A DNA stretch of 64,000 nucleotides from Vicugna vicugna (taxonomy: Eukaryota): contig MU058337.1 of NCBI GenBank assembly GCA_013265495.1, positions 7,236,716 through 7,300,715 on the forward strand, in the 5' to 3' direction. The position numbers and the translations under genes were made by a program. Below, one piece after another: positions 13,190-26,766 of the stretch (positions are counted from its first letter, which is position 1; every line of letters starts with the position of its first letter). The notes beneath the pieces were generated by a model. The model did not search any database, was not told the origin of the DNA, and was given only the letters and a program-made list of their open reading frames with translations.

Positions 13190-13801
13190 TTTTTTTGTAT
13201 ATATATTTTTTATTGACGTACAGTTGGTTTACAATGTTGTGTGTGACAGAAGTGTGTCAATTTCTGATGTACAGCATAATTGTTCAGTCATACATGAACA
13301 TACATATATTCGTTTTCATATTCTTTTTCACCATAAGTTACTACAAGATATTGAATATAGTTCCCTGTGCTATACAGTATGAATTCATTGTTTATTTTAT
13401 GTATAGTAGTTAGTATCTGCAAATCTCGAACTCCCAATTTATCCTTTCCCACTGTCTTCCCTCCCAGTGACCATAAGTTTGTTTTCTATGTCTGTGAGTC
13501 AGTTTCTGTTTTGTAAATAAGTTCGTTTGCCTTATTATTTTTTCAGATTCCACATATAAGTGATATCATACGGTATTTTTCTTCCTCTTTCTGGCTTACT
13601 TCACTTAGGATGACAATCTCCAGGTCCATCCATGTTGCTGCAAATGATATTGTTTTGTTCTTTTTCATGGCTGAATAATATTCCATTGTATAAATATACT
13701 ACAACTTTTTAATCCAGTCATCTGTTGATGATATTATAAATAGTGCTGCTATGAACACTGGGGAGCATGTATCTTTTTGAATTAAGGTTTTCTCTGGATA
13801 T
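13190..13801 (-). mobile_element. Artiodactyl/camelid-type L1 3' end
   Basis: 'cagattccacatataagtgatatcatacggtatttt..ggcttacttcacttag..aggtccatccatgttgctgcaaatg'. T-rich tail at the left end. Confidence 0.9.
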
Positions 13802-16800
13802 ATTGTATTGACAAGTATTTATTTTGCCAGACCTTGTGCTAAGTCCCATGAGGGGTGGTGTAGTTTTGCTATTAGAGCCATGGGATCTACGGTCAGACTG
13901 GCTGGGGTTTCCATCCTGTCTCTGTAATTTCCTAGCAGGTGAAATGGGCAGATAAGCCAATTTCTTCAATCCTTGGTTTCTATACCTGCAAATTTAAGAT
14001 ATTTATCTTAATATATTTAATGAAATTTAATATATTTAAAATAAATAATAAAGGCATACATTATTTATTTACTTCTAAGAGAAAGAAACACTCTTCTTAT
14101 ATTAAAAATCTTGATTTTGAGCATCGTAAGGAATCGTCGAGGAATCGTTTTACATCCACTCCATTATTTCATTAAGGAGCAAAGTGAAGCCTGCCTGGGT
14201 GGGGAGGTGGCCTGATGGAGACCAGGCTTCTGGAAGGTCCAGGTGGTTTCCCTCCCTTCTTCCTGATTTTCTGTATTTATCCATCATGTAATGTGTTCTC
14301 AACTCAATGAAATCACCTAGTCTATTGACAGAAAAGTTTATTAAGTAATATTCCTTTTATCACAGCCAAGGAGAAACTTGATAAGTAACATACAAAGAAA
14401 TCCATGACTTTCAGTAAAGAGCCTTAAAAAACAAAACAAAAACAAAAATAGAATCTCTGTGTCAGTAACAAAAATATCTTTGCTAGGCAGGCTTTCGTAA
14501 AAGAAACATAAACATCATATAAGGAACACAAGCTTATTTCCTTTTTTTTCATTTATCTAAATAGACTTTTGAGTAAAAGGGTAAAGGACATGAACTTTCC
14601 ATAAAAATAATATTTTTAAAGCTGTTAATTAGGGTAAAAAATGTGTTCTAGGACAGGAGTGACATACGTATATAATAAATATTTATATATTATATACATA
14701 GTTCTTTTAAGTAAATAAATACAATGTATATTTAGCCTATAAAGACCTGAAATAAATATAAAGCATAATCATGGCCAAGAATAGCAGTGATGAGTGACTT
14801 AAAGGTCAAGAAATTCTGCTGGAAGCCACTTTCCAGTCAAAGCAGAGCCCCTGATAAATTGTAAACTTGTCTTGCTGATAATTTCATCTCCCAGATGCTT
14901 ACCAATTGGAAATAAATCATTGTTCAAAGTTAAAGCCTGGGAACCCTAGAGGACAGTGAATGCCAGCTGGGAGGGCATGCTGGGGGCCCGAGTCAGGTCT
15001 TCAGGGAAACAAATCAGAGAAACTGGCTGGTTCAAGCCCAACCAGATGGGGAGGTGAGTTGAAGGAGCAGCACACAGAACACACAGGGGAAGAGCTTCGG
15101 GTCTCATGGGGACCTGAACCAGGACTAGTAATCTCTCAGGCCACTCTCTCCATCTCTTTGGCTACCTGATTTCCCATCTCTTCTGCATCAGGTTTTCCCA
15201 AATCCCAAGAATTTGGGTGTCAGCAAGATGCTCCAGGGGGAACTTAGGGGGACGGGAGCTGAGGGGTGTAAATCAGCCCTCAAGCAATGGAGCTGGACTT
15301 TTATCCTTGCACACTGATCAGCTGATGACTACAGCCCACGGGGGTGGGGCACAGAGGAAAACAGAAATCGCCCAGGGGCTTCGAGCTCCCATACAGATGG
15401 GGTGGCTGTGGCGCACAAGGGCAGCGCTTAGAAAGTCGCTGGGAAGTGGCATGAATGACAAGGCTGCAGAGGCTGGCAGTGGGCACGCAGAGCTGGTAAA
15501 AGGGGTTCTGGGAGGGCAACAGCTGCGTTTGCTGTATGTCTCTGCTTCCTTTGCTGTGCCTGCTTTGTTCTCTCTCTGAAAACCAGTTCTCTGTCATCTG
15601 CCCACATCTGGGCCAGATGTAGCTGCTCCAGACTCTGCTTTCTACCACTTCCCACACAAGTGCCTAGAAGAGACTGATAGTCCCTGCTTCCCTGTTCTGA
15701 TAGTCCCTGCTTCTCTGTTCTGTCTTCCCAGGAGACAGAATCTACTGGCTTGGTTTGAACCAGGCACCTCCACTCCAGTCCAAATGACTGTGGTCCTAGA
15801 GCCAAGGATAGTCGATAAATCAACCACTGAGTGCAGGGTCTTACCGTGTGTGTGTGTGCGCGCGCATGCTCGTGTTTGGGTGAAGGGATGGAAAGAGCAG
15901 CAAGTTCTCAGAAGGCTCAGGTTGGACATGGCCCGCTCTGTGTTGGATCCCCAGCTCTGGGCTCCATCAGCTACGTACCTGAGATCTTAGGAAGGCAGAT
16001 GTCAAAAATATTTGGAGGGAAGAAATGGATCTGACTCCAAGGCAAGAAACTCTAAAAGCTTAGTTGGCTCAGTAGGGATGAGGGCTTACTAACAGGAAAT
16101 TTCGGAATAAGCAATTACAAATGGTGTTCTTTTTTGATGAAAAAATGGGACAACACCTAAAGAAAATCAGGTTGTACATGGGTGACAGAGTATAAGCCAT
16201 TGTTTTTAGATTATAGTATTGTTTATGTAGAAGGATGGTTACAGAATCAAGTCAATGAAAGTTATGGAACAAGGAAATAGTACAGGAACCCAAAGAACAA
16301 AATATTTAGGAGCTTAAAAATATATATTTGAAATAAGAAGAATAACAAAGAGGTAATTCACAGCTTGAGACTAGGGTATAATGACAGATGACTAGGTGAG
16401 AACACAGGCCTTTTCAAGACATGTTGCTCAGTGGAGAAAGCAGGTTCAAAACAGCACAGGCAGTGAGATGCTCGGTAAATATATAATTATGCCTATATTT
16501 ATCCATTAGAAGAGAGTGACCTAGGTATTGTGTTTATAGGTAATTTTACTTCTTTTGGTTTATCTATTTTCCTTATTTTTAGAAACTATGAACTTTCATT
16601 GTTTAGATGAGGATAAAGTTAAACAATGAAAGAAAAAGGAGAACTAGTTGATTTCAATTTAGTTTTTTTTTTAATGGGAAAATTTTCGAATGGATTGGAG
16701 AGAACAGACATCCTTAAGACGGTACAAAGTCCTGGACAGAAGAGGCCTTGAGAGAAGAGCTAGATGTTTTAAATGCGTTTGAGACTCCAGGCCCAAACAG

Positions 16801-18189
16801 GTTATCCCCAAGTTCTGCAGAAACTTTAAAATTCTGTCCCTGAAACCACTGCTAGTAAACTAGGCAAATTCAGGGCAGCTTCAAAGGATGAAATGTGGAT
16901 CAGTGAAAAGAATTTAAAGAAGCAGAAGTTGCCTTAAATTAGAGCTTTCAGAAAGAGGCAGCTGTGTCCTGTGCTTGGACATGTTGGAGCAGGATTGGGG
17001 TGACTGCCCCATGACCATGTTGTCATGGGCATCCTCCAGGGACAGGAGGTTGGATCAGGTCAGGAATCTTGAATTAAGGTCGGTGGACCATAAAGTTCCT
17101 CCGATGAACCTAAAGTGATCTAAAAATGCAAGTCCTCTCTTGATTCTTAGGGGTGATTAAAGTACAAATCATAGATGTACATTTTACAGACGACCCAGGG
17201 TCACATACGTGTATTCTATTTGACAGAATAATTTACTGCGGTGTCCCTTCTGACAATCCCACCAAGGTGGGCAGGACTTCTGTGCTCCCTCGCTCCCCCT
17301 TTAACACTGCGCCTCAGAGGAACTAGGGGGCTACTGTGCCCAAAAGGAAATTACTCAAAAGACGCTTTTCCTCCAGGCCTTTGTCTTCCAAAAACCAGAG
17401 TTAATAGAGAAATAATGCTCCCCTCCTCTGCAGACACTAGTGGGCAGAGGAGCATCTTGGAGGCAGAAACAGGACAGTAGGAGGGATTTCTTCCAGGCTT
17501 TGGCTTCTGTCCCCAGCAGAAATGTTGAGATTTGGGAGGGCCACGGGAGGCTGGACCCTAACTGCAGGGCTCCCAGCCCCAAGGAAGCAGAGGTTTCAAG
17601 AGTCTGTGATAGGTTAGGAAATGAAGATATCAGAGAGGGCACAAAACCCAGGAGGGTGGCCTTGCCTGTTCCCAGCAGCACAAAGAACTTGTGACTTCTG
17701 CGGAGGGTCTCGGAAGAGAGGAGAGACCTCATGACAACAGAAATGTCATTTTCTTCTAGACTAGGAGGCCGGAGGGTTGAAAGATTTACATTAATTTAAG
17801 AAAACAAAGAAATAGATTTTTTTTTTTGCACACCTGGAGTTTATGGCCTAAGCCTTATGCCAATGTTGCTTGGGTGTGCTGTAGTCGCTGTCACAGGGTT
17901 GGAAGTGGCGAGGACAGGACTGACATAGGACTCTAAGTAGGGGCACCGGGCAGAAGTCTGGCCGGCTGCCTTGAAGCTCTTAGACTTGGCAGCACTTGTG
18001 TGTACTTGGAGGGTTGGCATTCCTGCAGTTTGGGGAAAGGATGCTATTCATCAGGGCATTAACAGTGAGGACTGTCCTGAGTAGGACATGGTCCCCAGCT
18101 GCTGTCATTCCTGCTTCACTTACTCATTCCTGTTACTCTAGCGTCATCATCTCCAAGTTAGTTTTCATGGGTTCCACGACAGCTAACTT

Positions 18190-19262
18190 CATCACAACTG
18201 TTATTTATCGTGATGTTCAAATTGTTCCAGATTTGACCCCTGGGAACACCTTGACACTGGTCCCTCTGTTCTTTTGATATCCCCCGTCGGCATTTGAGCC
18301 GCTTTCTTACACAAGATATGTCTGGGTCATTTTGTGCCTTCCCTGCCCTAGCCCTGGAGTCAGCCATTTCTCCAAAGAACCTTGGTTCCTTTTTGTAGAG
18401 AGTGGCATTTAGAAACCAAGATCTGGGCTCCACATATGCTCACTATTCCTAGTACGTGATTGCTTCTGGGCCCTTTGAGCAGATAGAATTAGGAAGCGTG
18501 TGTGTATGTGTGCACGTGTACTTGTGTGTGTATACATATATATATATATGCAGGGCTGTCTCTATCCATATAAAACCATGAGGTCATATTGATGCCTCCA
18601 GTTCCAACCTAACACTACAGGGAACATTCTAGTCTTCCCTCTGACCATATTTACAATTCCCCAATTCCCTTTTTCAGCAGGGAGAACCTAGCTCTCATTA
18701 TTGTAAACATACCCTATTCATTTGCTCCAGACTTGAGTACACAGACAGTAACTGCAGAGCTACTGACCTATACCACTGCTAAATATTTCTACTGGCTAAA
18801 TATTTCTTTATAGGTTTTTTTTAAGGTAAAATGTACATAGAATGCAATGTGTACACCTTAAATGTGCAAGTCAATGAATTCTGATGAATGCATAATCCCA
18901 TGCAATCCATACCTTTATCAAGGAAAGTTCTATCATTCTGGAAAGTTCTCTTATGTTTTTTGCAGTTACCACCCACAGCCCACCAGAGACAGTGTTCTGA
19001 CCCCCTGATCATAGATTAGTTTTGCCTGTTCTGTAATTTCATATAAGAAGCATCCTACAGTACGTACTCTGGGTTTCAACTTCTTTTTGCTTACTACCTT
19101 GCCTCTAAGTGTCGCTTGTGTTTCAGTGCTCCATTCCTTTTTGTTGCTGAGTAGGATTTTTATTGGATTAATATACTATATTTTGTTTATCCATTCGCCT
19201 AGAGATGGGATTTTAGATTATTTCCAGGTTTTGGCTATAAAGCTGCTATGAATATTCTTAGA
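18190..19262 (-). mobile_element. Old L1 (L1MC-like) 3' fragments, nested
   Basis: 'ccctggagtcagccatttctccaaagaaccttggttcctttt..ttagaaaccaagatctggg' and 'atagattagttttgcctgttct..ttgttgctgagtag..tttatccattc'. Confidence 0.75.
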
Positions 19263-21139
19263 AACAAGAGAAAAAAATAGCAGTTGCATTGGACAGTTTT
19301 TCTGCCCCCCTCCTCTCAGCCCACCTCTCTCTCCAAACACTGCTTCAGAGACCTGCTTTGAGCAGGTGTAATCTGACAGCATCTCGCCTCAGTGGCACCA
19401 CACATCTGGGACTTTCCCAGCGTGCACTGCAGTGCTCATGCATGTGGAAACGTGAAGAAAATGCTTCCCCTTCTATCTGTGGGCAGACAATTCTGAGGCA
19501 TGTTCTACCTGGCTCTTCAGAGGCCCCAGCAGGACTGAACTCCTGTTGCCCACGTGGTGAGATCACAGTGCACCTTGAAATGGCTCTCCTGCCTCCCCCA
19601 TTGCACTCTGCCCAGGGCCTCACTCCTGCTCCCCGAGATAGATCAGGCCCCCCAAAAACTGTCCGCATGCAAGCTTCTGCCCCAGGCTCTGCTCCTGGGA
19701 GGAACGCAGCATAAGAGAGCAGCTTCAGCACATTATTTAGAAACACATTAGGCAAGTAGCAGACGCAAAAACTCAAAGTATTAAAGGATGGCAATATTGC
19801 GATGTTCTCTAACTTACTTGGAGACTGGAAAATTTCTCTTCTCCCCCTCCCCTGCCTCCTCCTCCTCCCCCTCCCCTCCCCTCTCCCCCCTTTCTCTCTC
19901 ATCACCTATAAGAGGCATTTCAACTTCAGAAATACTGAAAAGTACAAGATGATGCATCTTCTGTGCGAGTATATAGGCTGTCTGGTTGTTTACGCTCCGC
20001 CTGCCTCACTTTTGTGATTTCCACCAGGGCAGAGATGGAGTCTGATGTAAACACTTATAAAAGCATAGTCAGTGTTCAGCAAATGTTTGTGAATGAGAGG
20101 TTGATGGACAGCAAGGAATGGGGAAGCTGAGGAAGCTGCAGTCAATTTTGGAGGAAGAACTCCAAGACATAGATACTTAGTAAAAGACTTGAAGAGGAAG
20201 GAAAAGCAGAATGAACCCCCAGGAACCTGAATGAATAAATACAGTCACATGAGCGATAGGGCCGGGCCAAGAAGTAACTTAACCCGCAAGAGGCCTAGGG
20301 AGGGGGGCTTCCCCTGCAGACCCTCCTTCACTGGAAGGTGAGGGAGGAGGGTCCCGTAGCCTCAGCAGAAGGTAATGCTTTTGCCACTAGCCCCTTCCCA
20401 GTATGTCAGAGAAAAATAGGTTCAAAAAAGATGAACTTCATGCGCATACTTCCTAATTAGCTCAGAGCAATTTTTCTATAAATCCTCCCAGCGCTGCTTC
20501 TATCCATGAAGGAAATTTGATATCTCAATTCTGGTGACACCACTTCCTGACAACATACTTGGTTTTCACAGATTAAGATGATTAATGTGGGTTAATAGAA
20601 CAATTACTGGGTCCAACGTCATGTTAATTAAGACACTTGTAAACAAACAGAAACAGTTATTAAGACATCCAAAGGGTGGCCCCAGTAAGTGCGCCTCAGT
20701 CTCGTTTTGGAAAGTCTTGTTTGCATCCCAGGTTAAGACCCAGAAGAGGCAGCACATGCTTTGTGTAAGGAGCCAGAGGACGGTATACACGGAGAGTAGC
20801 TTTGGAAAATGAGCAGGTGCTTTCCCCTCCTCATTAAGGAAATTAAAGCTGGATTTGCTTTAGACTGAGTAGAAAAATAGCCCAGAGTCCTTGTCCCATG
20901 CACAGGGCAGTGGTGAGGACTTCTGTTTATCAGGGTGAAAAAAGTCCTTATTGGATATAATTACAAACTTAACAAGAAAAGCCTGAGTTGTTCTTGTGAT
21001 TGATGTTTTAAGTGGAGGTTTAACCTCACAGCTCTTCCAGAAAACTATAGACAAGAGGTGTTAGGCTTGTGTGCTTGGGTAACAGATGAGGCAGGGGCCA
21101 GATGGATTTACTGGTTCAGGAATCTCAGCATCATTGATG

Positions 21140-21695
21140 TTTCTGCAGTGCAGTGGAGACCCACTGGGGGCTTTGGAGCCAAGGAGTGCATAATCTAACC
21201 TTTATTTTTACTGCATCACTCTGTTGAGAATAGGTCAACAGGCTAAGGACAGAAGTGGGAAGACGAACTGGGAGGCCACTGCGGTGACTCAAGGGAGGGA
21301 TGATTGTGTTTTGGGTCTAGGGGTTAGGTGGGGGTCAGGGTGGGTGTGAGTGTACCAGGGAAGTGGTGAGATGGTGTCGGATTTTGGATATATTTTGAAG
21401 GCAGAGCCACATGGGTCTGCTGGCAGATCAGATATGGGATGGGAGAGTAAGAATGAAGCCAGAGATGCCGCTGGGGTTCTCTACTTGGGCAACTGGGAAA
21501 ATGGCATCACCTTTGAGATGGGAAAGGCAATGAGAGGAGCAGGTTTATGGAGAAGGATCAAGAGCTCAGTTTTGGACAAATTAAGTTTGCGATGCCTATT
21601 AGATATTAAAGTATAGATGTTTAGTAAGCACTCGGATATGGTCCAGACTCCAGAAAGAACTTTGTTGGGTATATAAATTTGAGAGTCATCAACAC
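21140..21695 (-). mobile_element. L2 LINE fragment
   Basis: 'ttttggatatattttgaaggcagagcc..gagctcagttttggacaaattaagtttg..atttgagagtcatca' typical of antisense L2. Confidence 0.85.
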
Positions 21696-21954
21696 TGAAT
21701 ATTGATCTTACCAAAAATTACAACACAGCTATGATGGGAGGATGGTGGAAAGAAAAAGTATACATGTGCGTTGTGGCGTGGGATGCTTTATAAGAAGTGA
21801 AAGCTTCATCGTCTACAGCAGGAAGTCAATGGTTGATAGCTAACTTGGAAAAAAAAAACAAGAAATAGCTATATATGCATTATAAGAAGCAATCATCCCT
21901 ATCACTTTTACTCAAGATCTCAAAATTTTTCTTCCTCATCTTTGTTGGGTGGAT

Positions 21955-22265
21955 ATTTTTTAGAATTTATTTATTAACAGCTTTACTGATATAGGACTCA
22001 CATACCATACAATTCATCCATTTAAAGGGTATGATTCAGTATCTTCTAGTATATTCCATCACTCCAGCCAATTTTAGAATTTTCATTAAGCCAAAAAGAA
22101 ACCCTGAACCCCTTAGTCATCGACCCCCTGTCCCTCTATCCCACTCCCCCAGCCCTAGGCAACTAATAATCTACTTCTGTCTCTATGAACTTGCCTTTTC
22201 TAAGTGTTTCATATAAGTGGACTCATACAGTATTTGTCCTCTGTAACTGGCCATTTTACTTCACT
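21955..22265 (-). mobile_element. L1MA/MB-like 3' end
   Basis: 'cagctttactgatatag..cacataccatacaattcatccatttaaag..cccagccctaggcaactaataatctactt'. Confidence 0.8.
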
Positions 22266-22904
22266 GTTTTGGGGTGGTTTTTTTTTTGATCCTCCTACCC
22301 TTCTCCCCCAAGTTCTGTCCTTTAAAGCCTGTCCTGAAGTTTCAGGTTCTTTGGTTTCAACTTTGCAGAAGCCACTGACATCCCTCTTGAAGTTGTTCTT
22401 AGGAAATCCTGCCTTTGCTTGTGGCCCTCCAAGGCAAGAAGGTACTTCCCTATGACACCGCCAGTGATGGCCATCCAGCACTTTAAATGAATCAGAGACA
22501 TTCTCCAGGAACTCCTTGAGTCTTCCTGGAAGTATCTTTTACTCTGCTTCTTGGAAGCTGGGATGCCTGGGGATTTCAGCCTACACGCCAGACAACTTAA
22601 AGTTTATCAGGGGCATCTCTTCCCTGACTACAGACGGTAAGGTAGAGGGCTCACAGTCTTTAAGGCATTAGTCTGCTGGGACTCCCCGTGCCTGGCAAAG
22701 CGATAAAGCTGTTCTTTTCTAATTCTTGCCCCTCCACCAAAAAAAAAAAGCTAAGTTACAGAGGGCTTTTAAGGAGAATCTGCATTGTGTTTTTAATTTT
22801 GGATTAGAGTCTATGTAGCCTTATGAAGTCTTTCTATTCCTAAATTTCTCTTTTATGTTCAAACAGTGAAAGGGATGTTTTAACTTGAATTTTACAGATT
22901 CAGC

Positions 22905-23463
22905 AGCAGTGCTCACTATTTACAATAGCCAAGACATGGAAGCAACCTAAATATCCATCACAGATGACTGGATGAAGAAGTTGTGGTGTACACACACACA
23001 CACCCCTGTGCTCACACAATGGAATACTACTCAGCCATAAAAATAATAGTGCCATTTGTTGCAACATGAATGGTCCTGGAGATCTTCATACTAAGTGAAG
23101 TAAGCCAGAAAGAGAAATATACCATATGATATCACTTACATGTGGAATCTAAAAAAAAATGACACAAATGAACTTATTTACAAAAGAGAAACTCACAGAC
23201 AAAAAACAAACTTAATACCAGGAGGGAAAGGAGATGGGGAGGGATAAATTGAGAGTTTGGGATTTGCAGATACTATATATAAAATAGATAAACAACAAGC
23301 TCCCACTTTTTGGCACAGGGAACTACACTCAGTACCTTTTAAGGGCCTATAATGAAAAAGAATATGAAAAGGAATATATAGGTGCACAACTGAATCACTG
23401 TGCTGTTCACCAGAAATTAACACAACACTACAAATCGACTGTATTTCAATAAAAAAAGAAAAA
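22905..23463 (+). mobile_element. Artiodactyl/camelid-type L1 3' end with A tail
   Basis: 'tttacaatagccaagacatggaagcaacctaaat..ctaagtgaagtaagccaga..actgaatcactgtgctgttcaccagaaattaacacaac..tcaataaaaaaag'. Confidence 0.9.
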
Positions 23464-24152
23464 GGCCTGTAGGTGACCTATGACAGCAAAACCTTTATCC
23501 TCCCTGGCATTTGACACAGGATTAAAACAGTGTGGAACCTGTTCTCAGCACATCTAGGTATATCAGATGATGTTCTTCCAATGCAGTGGCCTTCATGTGC
23601 AGGGTATTGTCTTCCTCATAAAACAAAACAAGAAAGAGCTTTATTTTTCATGCTTACGACATTCAGATTTTGAGCCTTCATCCAAAGGGGTTTCTCTCAA
23701 GCTTTCAGAGCTTAATTTATGGCATTTGGAAAAAAAACACAGACACCTCTTTACTGCTTGAGGGCTTTTTATGTGCATTTATTATATGAATTAACTAATT
23801 CCATGAACTGAGAAATAGTCCTATTTGCAATGCAAATATAGCATTCATACAAAAAAGGACAAAATCAAGTGAGACATTTCTTGATTTAAGATACTTAAAA
23901 AAATAAGGTTGTCAAATATTTCCTGTCTTTAAAGATACAATAAAGATGAAAGTTAGACAAAGGACAACAGTATCTTAAACCATAGTGTAGAAAAGGAAAA
24001 ATATCTAGAATACACTTTATTCTAAGAAAAATAGGAATTTGTTGAAAGGCTTTTGGTATGTGAGTGATTTGTTTTGCTGTGTGAAGAATCTGTCAGAAGG
24101 AACAAGAGTCAAAGCAAGGAGGCCAGATGGAGAAATTACAGTAGTTTAGAGA

Positions 24153-24313
24153 GATGCTTCTCAAATTTTGTGTACATGCAAATCACATGGGGCTCTTAGT
24201 AAATACAAATTCGGATTCAGTGGGTCTGGAGTGGGGCCCAAATCACTGCATTTTTAACAGGCTCCCAGGTGAATAGGATGCTTCTGCTCATGGACCACAC
24301 TTGAGTGGCAAGG
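24153..24313. mobile_element. MER5-like hAT DNA transposon inside L2
   Basis: 'cttctcaaa..aatcacatggg..gattcagtgggtctggagtggggccca..tgcatttttaacaggctcccaggtga..ggaccacacttgag'. Confidence 0.8.
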
Positions 24314-24329
24314 GTTTAGAGCAGCACAG

Positions 24330-25330
24330 TCACAGCACAGATGGAGGGAATGGATGAATTTTAGAATAATGTAGAGGATAGGATAATGCAGCTAACTGAT
24401 TAACCAGGAGAAGGAGACGCAAGGGCCAGGGATTTTTGAACAAGTGGGCTCATGTGATCAGATTAGTCAATGCTGAGAATGCAGGAGGAGAAGCAAGTTT
24501 GCGATGGGAGATCATGACCTTGGCAAATATGAAAATGGAGATCACAGGTGGATAGTTGGATTTATAAAAGAGAGGGCTGGAGATACATATTTGGGAGTCA
24601 TCAGGATAACTAAATGGTATAATGGACCCAAGGAGGCAAAGAGGAGTGAAAGGATGAGGGGCTGTGGAATAGAGCCTTAAGAGCTTCCAGGATTTAAGGT
24701 TTGATAAAATAGGTTGAGCCCACTGGGGAGACTTAAGAAGAAGAAACCTGAAAGGTAAGAGAAACCAGGAGAATATGTGATACAGATGCCAACAGAAGAG
24801 AGGGCTTCAAGAAGATGGCATAGATGCTAAAATGAAAAGATAAAAGACTGTAAATTGCCATGAGATATATCTACCTAGGTCACTGGTAATTAGTGCAGCT
24901 TCTGCAGAGCAGTGGGGATGTATTTATTGGAAGAATCTGAGAGGAGGGTATAAGGTCAGGAAGTAGAACACAGTTCTAAGAAGTTGTCTGTGGAGGGAGA
25001 GAGACAGTTGGGCTGGTAGCTGGGAGGGTATGTGGGATCCAAGGAAGATTGTTTTTATATGTTTTAAAATAGAAGAGACAATAGCATGTTTAAATGCTGA
25101 TGAGAAATACTGAGCAAAGAGAAACTGAAGATGTAGAATTGATAGAGAACAAGAGATAAGATAAGGTCACTGAAGAGAGGAGGACTGGAGGAAATGGACT
25201 TAGATGCGAGGAAGGGCATGTACCCTCTTATAACGGGAAGAGAGGACTGGGGCCAATGTCAATAGGTTTGTAGACCTGGAGGTGAGATACTGAGGGATTT
25301 CTCATCTGACGCCATCTGTCCTGGTGAAGC
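24330..25330 (-). mobile_element. Degraded L2 LINE
   Basis: Purine-rich antisense L2 motifs: 'gggctggagatacatatttgggagtcatcag', 'agcatgtttaaatgctgatg'. Confidence 0.65.
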
Positions 25331-26369
25331 AGGAGAGGAAGCCATCTACTAAGAGTGATGGACCAGAAGCTGGGGGCTGAGCTGTGAGAAGTATGGGAAG
25401 AAAGACCACTGAGAGCAGCAGAGGTGGTATACAGGGGGTGTTGGGGCCCCAGTTGAGACTGGTGATCTTAGGTCTGTAAGCGGTCCATCCTGCAGTGAGA
25501 TTTACCCCAGATGCTCTGCTTCTTGGTGGCAAGAAGAAGATGGACATTTGGTTCATCTAGGCTCAGAGATTGCTAGGTGGATATGCAAGGAAAGTCCAAA
25601 GAGATACAGAGTTTAGTTTAAGCTATTGGAAAGAACATTCTGTGGATTATCGGGCCTGGCACACAGCAAGGTTCCCAAGAATTGTGTTTGTTATTACAGG
25701 AGAAGAGAGACAATTCCTTGCCTCCCCCTGGCCCTCCGTGATGCCAGCTCGACCACCATCACTTACACAGACAACTCCAACCACTTTGTTCCCAAGATAT
25801 TTGGACAGAATGTGGAGGTGCTTTTGGAGGTAGATGTGATATTTTTAATATATAATTGGCCATTTTTTGGCTATTTTGTGTCTCCACCTGATTATTATTC
25901 AGGGACAATTATAAAGTCTCAGAAATTGGGTTCTTTGTTCAGACGTTCAGTTTACTCCTGGAGTAATGTTATGTGCAGCTAATTCTGAGTTTCAACAAAT
26001 GATTCCACTTAAGAAAAGTAATCATCAGATGAGCCGTGGTATATAATTTATTATAATCATAATAAGTTTTTTGAGATTCCTTATGGAGAAAATCACATTT
26101 TTCTAAATATAGTTGCACTCAGGGTCTCTTTTTTTCCTTTAAATTGGTGTATTACTGTTACTAGTTTGTAAGGATTGCTTTTGGTCTGCTAATCCGAAAA
26201 TTAGAAGTTTCTATAGAAGAAGTAGATTTCAACATAAAGGTCACATTATGAATGACTAGTGACAAAATCAGGAACATGTTTTGGTACAAGGAATTAGGAA
26301 GTTGGGCAAATAATACTGCTTTCTTAAGGCTGAATTTCTTCTTCCAACATTAGGAGTCTATAACCACAC

Positions 26370-26570
26370 TGTAACTCCAAATGCTAGCCACTAGCCACAT
26401 GTGGCTACTGAAATTTAAATTAATTAAATTAAATTAAATTTAAAATTCAGTTCATCAGTCACCCAGCCTTATTTCAAGTGACCAATAGCCATATGCACCT
26501 AGTGGCTACTCTACTGGGCAGCACAGATACAGAACATTTCCATTATTAGAGAAAGTTCTATTGGACAGCT
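26370..26570. mobile_element. MER33/MER3-like hAT DNA transposon
   Basis: 'tagccactagccacatgtggctactgaaatttaaattaattaaa..tttcaagtg..agaacatttccatt..gaaagttctattggacagc'. Confidence 0.85.
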
Positions 26571-26591
26571 CTTATCTATAATTCTAGTCTT

Positions 26592-26766
26592 TTGTTGTTG
26601 TTGTTGAGTAAAGGTAGGTTTATTTAGAGATACATCAAAAGGCAAGAGAAAGGCCATGAGGTGTTGGGTTTGGGTGCTCAGATTAGAGTAAAAGTAGGTA
26701 CACACTCCATAGACAGAGTGCAAGCCGTCTCCGAAGAGGGAGAGAGACAGGGTGGCGGCGAGGCGC
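26592..26766 (-). mobile_element. 175-nt L1-retroposed polyadenylated insert, LTR R-region-like
   Basis: Perfect 16-bp TSD CTATAATTCTAGTCTT (26576-26591, 26767-26782). Minus-strand AATAAA at 26619-26624, then a (CAA)n A-rich tail. TT/AAGA endonuclease-type site. Confidence 0.85.
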
